From: an uncultured Actinomycetes bacterium
GTDB lineage: Bacteria; Actinomycetota; Thermoleophilia; Solirubrobacterales; Solirubrobacteraceae
DNA: 64,000 nucleotides
NCBI GenBank assembly: GCA_963743055.1
Contig: CAVUOK010000005.1
Location: 76,666 to 140,665 of the forward strand
Direction of reading: 5' to 3'
The position numbers and the translations under genes are program-made. Under the pieces are notes generated by a model. That model was not told where the DNA came from. It searched no databases and was given only the letters and a program-made list of their open reading frames with translations. This document shows positions 1-6,926 of this stretch, one piece after another; the stretch's first letter is position 1; each line of letters begins with the position of its first letter.

Positions 1-533
1 CAGTAGCGGACGGTGCCCTCGGCGGTGTCCGCGAGGCCGGGATCGATGTCGCCGATGTCGGCCGCGGGCGCGGCCTTGATCGCGTCCGGGTCCGACGAGT
101 CGTCGAACAAGAAGATGGCGACGACGGCGACGAGCGCCGCCGCTGCGACGCCACCGGCCGCCAGCCGCAGAACGCCGACGGACCGTGCTCGTGCGAGCAA
201 GCGCCGAGACCACGTATCGGACCACAGCACGCCACTCTCCTCGACCCGCTTCACGAGCTCGATGCGGCGCGGTCCCGGCGGCAGATGGTCGTCGACTCCG
301 AACTCGGAGAACAGCTGACGCAGGCGCAGTCGCAGAGCTTCGTCATCCAGCTCGAAGCCCTGCTGCCCGAGCTCCTCGCGGATCTGCGCGTCGCTGGCCG
401 GGACCGGAAACTGGCGCTTCTCGATGTACGGCCGGCACAGCGCGACGAGGATCGCGCGATCGACGTCGGAGACCTCCACGGGGCTCAACCCGGCTCCCCG
501 GAACGCGGGGTCACCGACAACCGCAGATTGCAC
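1..533 (-). CDS. hypothetical membrane-anchored protein, N-terminal part only (gene runs off the left edge)
   Basis: This open minus-strand frame is absent from the ORF track because it has no stop inside the window. Hand translation from GTG at 533 gives VQSAVVGDPAFRGAGLSPVEVSDVDRAILVALCRPYIEKRQF...LRLAAGGVAAAALVAVVAIFLF (one hydrophobic helix)...DIGDIDPGLADTAEGTVRY. Third codon positions are G/C-rich. The start codon is uncertain. Confidence 0.35.
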   Translation of the reverse strand, partial: MQSAVVGDPAFRGAGLSPVEVSDVDRAILVALCRPYIEKRQFPVPASDAQIREELGQQGFELDDEALRLRLRQLFSEFGVDDHLPPGPRRIELVKRVEESGVLWSDTWSRRLLARARSVGVLRLAAGGVAAAALVAVVAIFLFDDSSDPDAIKAAPAADIGDIDPGLADTAEGTVRY

Positions 534-603
534 GGGCCTTGCATGCGGGTGCGGTCCTCCCCGGTCGTTGGCTAGCGGCGAAGGCTAGCGGACATGTGTG
601 ATT

Positions 604-627
604 CTCCTGTGACGGTGGTCACAGGAG
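604..627 (-). terminator. perfect 10-bp stem / 4-nt loop hairpin downstream of the TPR gene
   Basis: CTCCTGTGAC-GGTG-GTCACAGGAG lies 60 nt past the TAA (689..687) of the 687..2660 gene. There is no clear U-tract, which is common in high-GC genomes. Confidence 0.4.
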
Positions 628-686
628 GGCCATTTCCGGTTAATGCGCCCGGCGGTCGCGCTGCGACGGATGACGTCCTCGGAGGA

Positions 687-2660
687 TTACCGAGTCCGAG
701 GCGCCGCGATCCGCTGCTCGAGCTCGGCGCGCTCGTCCGGATCGGCCTCGCGCTCGAGCGCCGCGGCGAGGTCGGCGGCCGCGTCGGCGAAGCGCCCGAC
801 GTGCTCGTAGGCCAGCGCGCGGTTCGCGAGGATCGTCGGGTCCGGCCCGCCCGTCTGCAACGCGCGGGTCAGCAGGTCGATCGCGGCGGCGATGTCGCCG
901 CGGTCGAAGGCGAGCACCGCGCGGTTGCTCCACGCGCTGACGAGCGACGGGTCGCGATCCAGCGCGGCAGCGTACGCGGCATCGGCGGCGCTCGCCCGGC
1001 CGCGCAGCCCGAGCAGCGTGCCGCGCAGAGCGTGCAGGTGCGCGTCGTCGGGCGCGATGTCCAGGCCGGCCGCGACGTCGCGCTCGGCACCGTCCACGTC
1101 GCCAAGCTCGAGCAGCACCGAGGCGCGGTTGAGGTGCGCGTCGCGGAACGCCGGGTCGAGCTCGAGCACGCGCGAGAAGTCGGCCAGCGCGCCCTCGAGG
1201 TCGCCGAGCTCGAGCGCCAGGTCGGCGCGGTTGTAGAACGCCTCGGGGTAGGGCGGGCTGAGGCGGATCGCGTCGTCGAGGTCGGCGCGCGCCGCGTCGT
1301 AGCGCCCGAGCTTGCGGTGCAGCGCGGCGCGGTCGAAGCGGTACTCGGAGTGGTTGGGGTCCTCGGCGATCAGCCGGCCGTACTCCTCGATCGCGGCCGG
1401 CAGGCCCTCGACGCGGGTGAGTAGCTGCGCGCGGTTGTAGCGCAGGACCGAGCGATGCAGCGCGTGCTGGCCGGGCTCGAACTCGCGCTCGATGCGCTCG
1501 AGGCCGGCGTCCACGAGCCGCAGCGCCTCGTGCAGATCGCCGAGGTGCATCTCGATGAGCGCGAGGCCGTTCTCGTTGAACGTCAGGCTGAACGCGCGCC
1601 TGCGCTCGTCGTCGAGCAGGCTCGAGATCGCGATCGCGATGTTGATCTCGGCCTTCGCCTTGGCGTGGTCGCGCCGCGGCTTGTCGTAGAAGCGCGTGTG
1701 GAGCATCGCGCGGCCGTAGGCGGCCTGCAGGTGCACGAGCGGGTCGGCCGTGCGCGAGCAGGCGTCGTCGTAGAGCGCCGCGGCCTCGTCCGCGCGGCCC
1801 ATCGCGGTCAGCGCCGTGACCCACTTCGCGACGACGAGCCAGCACCGGCGCGGGTCCGAGTCCCAGTCCATGAGCGCAAGGGCGCGCGGGCACAACTCGA
1901 GCACCGCGTCATAGCAGCCGGCGAGCAGGCAGCGCTCGAGCGCCGAGCGCAGCGCGGCGACACCGGCCGCGCGGTCCGAGCCGTGCTCGCGGTGAAAGGC
2001 GATCGCGCCGAGCTCCAGCGAGCGGTCGCCGCGGGCCTCGAGCTCGAGCGCGCGCTCGTCGTGCAGCCGTGCCCGCGTGGCGGCGTCCAGCGCCGCGTAC
2101 GCCTCGGCCTCGGCGCGGCGCTCGCTCGTGCACTCCCCGGCCACGTACGCCGTCGCGAGCTCGATCGGGGAGCGCAGGTCGTGCTCGTCGCCACCCGCGA
2201 CGTTCGGGCGCACGACGATCCGCAGCTGCGCGGGATCGGCACGGCGCTGCAGGATCGCGACGAGCTCGGCGTCGGTCGCGTCGGCCTCGTCCATGCGGCG
2301 CAGCTCGATCGTCGCGCCGCCGAGCTCCTGCGCCCAGCTCATGAGCAGCTCCGCGATCCCGTGCGCGACGCGGCGCGTGTGGGCGTCGGGGTAGAAGCGC
2401 GTGCGCTCGTCGCCCGACGACGACGACGTGAGCGTCGCGCGGCGGTTCTCGACGAGCCCGTCGAGGTCGGGCGCGGCGGTGAGGATCTCGAAGTCGTGGC
2501 GCTCGGCGAGGTCGGGGCGGCGCTCGACGATCTCGGGGACGATCGCGCGCAGGATCGAGCCGGCAGCGGTGTACGGCCCGCGCAGGCGCCGGTGCGCGTC
2601 GACGTCGGCGATCGTCGGGTGCGAGGCGGTGGCGGCGGACGAGACGTAGGTAGCGGTCAT
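687..2660 (-). CDS. TPR-repeat protein (657 aa) with an unassigned ~270-aa N-terminal domain
   Basis: This is the track frame 687..3497, trimmed to the ATG at 2660 (MTATYVSSAATASHPT...). The upstream part overlaps the 2657..3823 gene and translates as Arg/Ala junk. There is an ATGA stop/start overlap at 2657-2660. The C-terminal half consists of tandem 34-aa TPR-like units (...AIEEYGRLIAEDPNHSEYRFDRAALHRKLGRYDAARADLDDAIRLSPPYPEAFYNRADLALELGDLEGALADFSRVLELDPAF...). Confidence 0.8.
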   Translation of the reverse strand: MTATYVSSAATASHPTIADVDAHRRLRGPYTAAGSILRAIVPEIVERRPDLAERHDFEILTAAPDLDGLVENRRATLTSSSSGDERTRFYPDAHTRRVAHGIAELLMSWAQELGGATIELRRMDEADATDAELVAILQRRADPAQLRIVVRPNVAGGDEHDLRSPIELATAYVAGECTSERRAEAEAYAALDAATRARLHDERALELEARGDRSLELGAIAFHREHGSDRAAGVAALRSALERCLLAGCYDAVLELCPRALALMDWDSDPRRCWLVVAKWVTALTAMGRADEAAALYDDACSRTADPLVHLQAAYGRAMLHTRFYDKPRRDHAKAKAEINIAIAISSLLDDERRRAFSLTFNENGLALIEMHLGDLHEALRLVDAGLERIEREFEPGQHALHRSVLRYNRAQLLTRVEGLPAAIEEYGRLIAEDPNHSEYRFDRAALHRKLGRYDAARADLDDAIRLSPPYPEAFYNRADLALELGDLEGALADFSRVLELDPAFRDAHLNRASVLLELGDVDGAERDVAAGLDIAPDDAHLHALRGTLLGLRGRASAADAAYAAALDRDPSLVSAWSNRAVLAFDRGDIAAAIDLLTRALQTGGPDPTILANRALAYEHVGRFADAAADLAAALEREADPDERAELEQRIAAPRTR

Positions 2661-3823
2661 GCGAGGCTCCCCGCGCTTGGCCGGGTGGCCCGCCGCTCGC
2701 GGAGCGCGACCGCGAGAGCGAGCGAGAGCTCGAACAGGGTGAGGCTCAGCAGCACGGCCGAGCCGAGCGTCTGCGAGCCCGCGGGCTCGCCGGCGAGCCA
2801 GCGCAGCGCCGGCCCGAAGAAGTGCGCCGCGAGCGGCACGATGACGAGCGCGAGCATCGTCACGGACAGCGCGTAGCCGGCGACCATGAGCGGCGCGTAC
2901 CAGCGCGCGGCGCGCCGGTCGCGGTCGCCGAAGACCCGCGCCGTGGTGGCCTCCCGCCCGTTGCGGCGCACGAGCTCGCGCAAGCGCTGGCGCGCGGCAC
3001 CGTCGAGGTCGTCGAGTCCGAGGACGGTCGTGATGAGGTAGTACACGTCCGTGCGCAGGTGAAAGAGAAACTGCCACATGATCCGCGGCAGGGTGGTGAA
3101 CGCGAGCGCGAGGCACAGGCCGCGCAGCGTGCCGCTCGTCGTGGCGGCGACGAGGATCAGCGTGGCGACGACGAGCACGTCGGCGAGCAGGCCCGCGAGG
3201 ATCACGAGGTAGCGCCGGCGGCGCGGGACGCTGACGAGGCCGTCCAGCCGCGTCTCGTAGACGGCGTAGTAGAAGCGCCGCGAGATGCGCACGCTCGTGT
3301 TCAAGCCCAGCCGGCGGCCGGCGAGCACGTGGAAGCTCTCGTGGACGAGGGCGAGCAGGGCCTGGCCGGCGAACAGCGCGACGCCGGAGATCAGCAGCGA
3401 GTCGCTGAAGCGGATGTCGGAGGCGCCGGGGACGAGCGCAGGATCGGACACGCACGCGGCGAGCGCGGCGGCGACGGCAAGCGCGTAGAGCGCCCAAGCG
3501 AACGGTGAGAAGAGCGCGCGGCCGATCCGCTGCCAGCGCAGCGGGCGGGCCGCGGCGGCGGCGGTGTCCGGCGCGTCGCCGTCGCGCACGAAGCCGAGCT
3601 CGTGCAGCGTCGCGACGACGTCGTCGATGTCGATCGCCTCGCCGTAGGTGTCGCGGTACCAGCCCGCGGCCTGCGCGGGGGAGCTACCGGCGCCGAGCTG
3701 GCGGACGAGCGCGGCGCCGTCGGGCGGGAAGTAGGCGTAGCTGTCGACGTCACGGCGCCCGATGACGACCTCGTCGCCGTCCTCGAGGAAGGACAGCGGG
3801 TGCAGAGACAGTAACGCGGACAT
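2657..3823 (-). CDS. membrane protein: PqqD/RRE-like N-terminal domain fused to a HExxH (site-2-protease/M50-like) six-TM domain
   Basis: This is a 388-aa ORF. Residues ~10-85 fit the PqqD-type pattern (DGDEVVIGRRDVDSYAYFPPDGAALVRQL...IDIDDVVATLHELGFV). About six hydrophobic helices follow. HESFH sits inside a helix and LGLDDLDG lies downstream, matching the HExxH plus LDG arrangement of M50-type enzymes. The assignment rests on motifs only. Confidence 0.75.
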   Translation of the reverse strand: MSALLSLHPLSFLEDGDEVVIGRRDVDSYAYFPPDGAALVRQLGAGSSPAQAAGWYRDTYGEAIDIDDVVATLHELGFVRDGDAPDTAAAAARPLRWQRIGRALFSPFAWALYALAVAAALAACVSDPALVPGASDIRFSDSLLISGVALFAGQALLALVHESFHVLAGRRLGLNTSVRISRRFYYAVYETRLDGLVSVPRRRRYLVILAGLLADVLVVATLILVAATTSGTLRGLCLALAFTTLPRIMWQFLFHLRTDVYYLITTVLGLDDLDGAARQRLRELVRRNGREATTARVFGDRDRRAARWYAPLMVAGYALSVTMLALVIVPLAAHFFGPALRWLAGEPAGSQTLGSAVLLSLTLFELSLALAVALRERRATRPSAGSLA

Positions 3824-3849
3824 GGGAGGAAGAGAGAAAGCGCGAAGGG

Positions 3850-3876
3850 CCCGCGGCGCGCATCCGGCGCCGCGGG
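3850..3876 (-). promoter_or_regulatory. 10-bp GC hairpin between the small peptide gene and the downstream genes (attenuator or processing-type element)
   Basis: On the plus strand this reads CCCGCGGCGC-gcatccg-GCGCCGCGGG. It begins 15 nt after the peptide stop codon and ends 26 nt before the ATG at 3823. In mRNA sense it is followed by a pyrimidine-rich stretch, CCCTTCGCGCTTTCTCTCTTCCTCCC. Confidence 0.45.
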
Positions 3877-3891
3877 ACCGGTTGCGAGTGA

Positions 3892-3978
3892 CTAGTTGCC
3901 GGCGCAGCAGCAGCAGCCGTAGCAGAACGCGGCGGTGAGACGAATGCTGCCGGCCTTGCGGATCTTCATGGTCTTCAT
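3892..3978 (-). CDS. 28-aa cysteine-rich peptide MKTMKIRKAGSIRLTAAFCYGCCCCAGN (candidate RiPP precursor or Cys-sensing leader peptide)
   Basis: Hand translation of the minus strand. The ATG is at 3978..3976 and the TAG at 3894..3892. AAGGAG (3993..3988) lies 9 nt upstream of the ATG. All five Cys codons are TGC. The ORF is below the length cutoff of the supplied track. It is the first gene of a unit bracketed by hairpins at 4046-4085 and 604-627. Confidence 0.6.
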   Translation of the reverse strand: MKTMKIRKAGSIRLTAAFCYGCCCCAGN

Positions 3979-4045
3979 TTCGGGTGACTCCTTGGGTGTG
4001 TTTGAGGTGAGTTCAAGCAACGCCGAGCCAGTCTCGCGTCGCAGC

Positions 4046-4085
4046 GCACCGCGACCAAGGTGGGCGGGCTCCCCAGTCGCGGTGC
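4046..4085 (-). terminator. 10-bp stem / 20-nt loop hairpin after the SGNH hydrolase gene
   Basis: GCACCGCGAC...GTCGCGGTGC lies 25 nt downstream of the stop at 4110. It separates the hydrolase gene from the peptide cassette. Confidence 0.45.
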
Positions 4086-4109
4086 GGCTAGCCCCACCTG
4101 TGACTCACC

Positions 4110-5756
4110 TCACGGTCCCTTGGAGAAGAGCCGCCTGAAGAAGCCGTACTTGTCGTCGAGCCAGCCGATGATCGCGAGATCGCCCGACAGCGACCGGGGC
4201 GGGTCGGAGATCAGTGAGTCCTCGCGGATCAGGCGGGCGAAGTCGATCTGCACGGGCCCGGGTGGCCGGTGCTCGCCGAACGACACGCCGGCGATCTCCA
4301 TCACCTTGATGAACTCTTGGGCCATCAGGCCGTAGAGGATCGTCGTGGGGTGGACGCCGTCCAGCGAGAAGAGGCCGCCCCGCGTGCGACCGTGCTCGGG
4401 GTCGGCCCGCAGGAAGCGCGAGTCGGGCACCGGCGATAGCTCGCGCAGCGCACGGGGCAGCGGGTACGGCGTCCACCACGGCGGGCGCGAGGCGGCATCG
4501 TCGATGTAGCGTCGCGCGGCGAGCCGGTCGAGCAGCCCACAGATGTCGAGCAGGTACCAGTCGAGGCCCGCTTCCCGAGCGTTGTGCACCGCCTCCTCGA
4601 TCGCCTCGTTGTAGAGATCGATCGCGGCGTCGATCGCCCGCGCGTCGTCAGCCGTGAGGTGGTCGTGCTTGCGGGGATCGAAGTCCTCGTCGCTGACCCA
4701 CGGGCGCGCGTAATAGGGGAAGTAGCGCGAGCCGTCGGACACCTTGTCGCCGATCCCGCGCGCGATCGGCGCGATCGTCACGTGCGGGACAGTCCCGAAG
4801 ATCACGTGCCGCGCGCGGACCATCCGTGCGGCCTCCACGAGTGCAGCCAGGTCCTGGCGGAAGTACGCGGGGTCCCAGACGGTGTAGTCCTTCGCATCCT
4901 TGCGATCGTCGGACGGGCTCGGCGGCGACCAGCACGCACGCAGCTTGACGACGGTGTCGAGCGCGTTGTTGGCGCCCAGGAGCACGATGAGCGTCTCGAT
5001 CCCGTCTCCCGAGCCGGGGTTCTCCAGCGTGCCGTCGGCGCCGAGCGCGGCCACGGTAGCCATCGGGCTCAGGCTCTCCTGGCCCGCCGGCCCGGGCGCG
5101 AGCACTCGCAGCGCCGCGCGCTCGTTGGCGTTCTGGACGAGCTGCTTGAGCAGCGCATTGGTCGGCTCGACGATGTCCGCGCGGCATGCCGCGGCGGTCC
5201 GCGTGTTCGCGTCGTGGAAGTCCCAGCCGTAGACCCCGAGGTTGTGGTTGCGGGTGAGGAACCGATTGGGGAGTTGCTCGTCGCGCTCCCACCAGTCCTC
5301 GATCTCGTCCATCATGTCGCGGATCTTCAGCGCCGCGAACGGCAGCTCCCAAGGGCTGATCTTGTCGCCGAAGCGCGCCTCGAGCTCGCGCAGGAGGTAC
5401 TCGATGTTCATCGGAAGGCCACCGAACCGGTCGTAGCTCGGGTGCTGGAAGCGGTTGTAGACGCCGAGCTCGCGAGCAATCAGCGCTGGATAGGAGAGAT
5501 CGGTGTTGTGGATCGCACCGCTCTGAAAGCCGTGTGTCAGCGAGTCGCCGACCGCCACCAGGCGGTGCGTCGGCTCCTCCTCGGACGGCTTGCGCGCCAC
5601 CGCGATGCCGAGCGTGGGATCGGTCTGCGGCGCACGTGACACGCCCCCCGGACGCGCCGCGTCCTCCGCCACGCGCTGGCGCACCTCGGCCGGAACCTCC
5701 CTGACGCACTCTCTTGGCATGCCGCAACTCCGCTCTCGTCGTGTCGTCGCGGGCAC
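4110..5756 (-). CDS. SGNH/GDSL-family hydrolase (large, with inserted regions)
   Basis: Three conserved blocks are present: VAVGDSLTHG (block I), LLGANNALD (block III) and LDGVHPT (block V). The true start may be an internal Met (MPRECV...). Confidence 0.8.
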   Translation of the reverse strand: MPATTRRERSCGMPRECVREVPAEVRQRVAEDAARPGGVSRAPQTDPTLGIAVARKPSEEEPTHRLVAVGDSLTHGFQSGAIHNTDLSYPALIARELGVYNRFQHPSYDRFGGLPMNIEYLLRELEARFGDKISPWELPFAALKIRDMMDEIEDWWERDEQLPNRFLTRNHNLGVYGWDFHDANTRTAAACRADIVEPTNALLKQLVQNANERAALRVLAPGPAGQESLSPMATVAALGADGTLENPGSGDGIETLIVLLGANNALDTVVKLRACWSPPSPSDDRKDAKDYTVWDPAYFRQDLAALVEAARMVRARHVIFGTVPHVTIAPIARGIGDKVSDGSRYFPYYARPWVSDEDFDPRKHDHLTADDARAIDAAIDLYNEAIEEAVHNAREAGLDWYLLDICGLLDRLAARRYIDDAASRPPWWTPYPLPRALRELSPVPDSRFLRADPEHGRTRGGLFSLDGVHPTTILYGLMAQEFIKVMEIAGVSFGEHRPPGPVQIDFARLIREDSLISDPPRSLSGDLAIIGWLDDKYGFFRRLFSKGP

Positions 5757-5810
5757 CGCGGCTCGCGACCTCCACCTGCAAGGAGGCGCGTCGGCGGCGC
5801 TGGATACGAC

Positions 5811-6926
5811 TTACCGGCCGAGGGCTTGCTGCACGGCGGAGAACGCGGGCTTCGGGCGCAGCGCGTCGTCGAGCAGCGTGGCGGCGCCCATCCCGGCCTG
5901 CGTCTCGGAGATCCACGAGCGCCCGTCGGTGTAGCCCCAGAACGTCAGCGACGCGCACTTGACCGCGAGGCATGCCCGCACGATCTGCGCGTAGATGTCC
6001 GCCTGTACCTGCAGGTCCGCCGGGCTCGGGGGCAGCTTCAGCGCGACGTCCGCCTCGGTGATCGCGACGTCGAGGCCGAGCGCGCGGAAGCGCTGCATGT
6101 TCGCGACGAAGTCCGCGGGCAGGCCCTGGAGGTTCGCGTGCGTCTGAAAGCCGACGCCGTCGATCGGCACGCCGCGCGCCTTCAGGTCGCGGACGATCTC
6201 GTACAGGCGGTTTGACTTCGGGCCGATCCCCTCGGCGCCGATCTCGTTGAGGTAGAGCTTCGCGTCGGGGTCCGCGACGCGCGCGGTGCGAAACGCGTCC
6301 TCGATGAAGCCGGGCCCGAGGCGGCGGGCGAAGACCGAGGGCCGCAAGCCTCCGCCGTCTGCGATCGGCTCGTTGACGACGTCCCACACGCCGACGTCCT
6401 CAGAGAAGTGCTCCATGACGGTGCGGATGTGCTCGCGCATCGCCTGGCGCAGGTCGTCGCGGCCGAGCTGGCGCACCCAGCCCGGCAGCTGGAAGTGCCA
6501 GACGAGCGTGTGCCCGCGCACCTTCTGCTTCGCCTCGCGGGCGCGCTTGACGATGTCGTCGGCGGGGCCGAACTCGTAGTCGCCGCGCGTAGGCTCGACG
6601 AGCTCCCACTTCATCTCGTTCTCTGGCGTCACGGTCGAGAACTGGGCCGCGACGAGCTGGCGGTAGGCGCGGTTGCGCTTGAGCACGTCGCCGCGGACGG
6701 CCGTCCCGATCTCCATCCCCCGCGCCTTGGCGAGGAACTTCAGCGAGTGCCCCGGCAGCGGCTTCGCATCGCCCCCGCCCCGGATCACCCAGACGGACGC
6801 GGCGACCAGCACCAAGACGAACAGCGCCGTAACCGCGACGTTGCGTGGCTTCAGAACGCGCCCTTGCGCGTGAACACTGCCGGCACGGTCTTGACGAGGA
6901 TCGAGAGATCCAGGAACACCGACCAC
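5811..6926 (-). CDS. glycoside hydrolase family 10 endo-1,4-beta-xylanase, N-terminally anchored or secreted
   Basis: Motifs present: TPENEMKWELVEP, TLVWHFQLPGW, VVNEP (acid/base) and ITEADV (nucleophile). There is an N-terminal hydrophobic segment, VTALFVLVLVAASVWVI. The ATG at 6926 gives a 76-nt overlap with the upstream gene, so the start is uncertain. Confidence 0.9.
   Translation of the reverse strand: MVGVPGSLDPRQDRAGSVHAQGRVLKPRNVAVTALFVLVLVAASVWVIRGGGDAKPLPGHSLKFLAKARGMEIGTAVRGDVLKRNRAYRQLVAAQFSTVTPENEMKWELVEPTRGDYEFGPADDIVKRAREAKQKVRGHTLVWHFQLPGWVRQLGRDDLRQAMREHIRTVMEHFSEDVGVWDVVNEPIADGGGLRPSVFARRLGPGFIEDAFRTARVADPDAKLYLNEIGAEGIGPKSNRLYEIVRDLKARGVPIDGVGFQTHANLQGLPADFVANMQRFRALGLDVAITEADVALKLPPSPADLQVQADIYAQIVRACLAVKCASLTFWGYTDGRSWISETQAGMGAATLLDDALRPKPAFSAVQQALGR

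Noticed and set aside
3935-4138. The 67-aa plus-strand ORF in the track.
   Set aside because: It is antisense to the Shine-Dalgarno-preceded Cys-peptide gene and its promoter region. It has poor composition and no start context.
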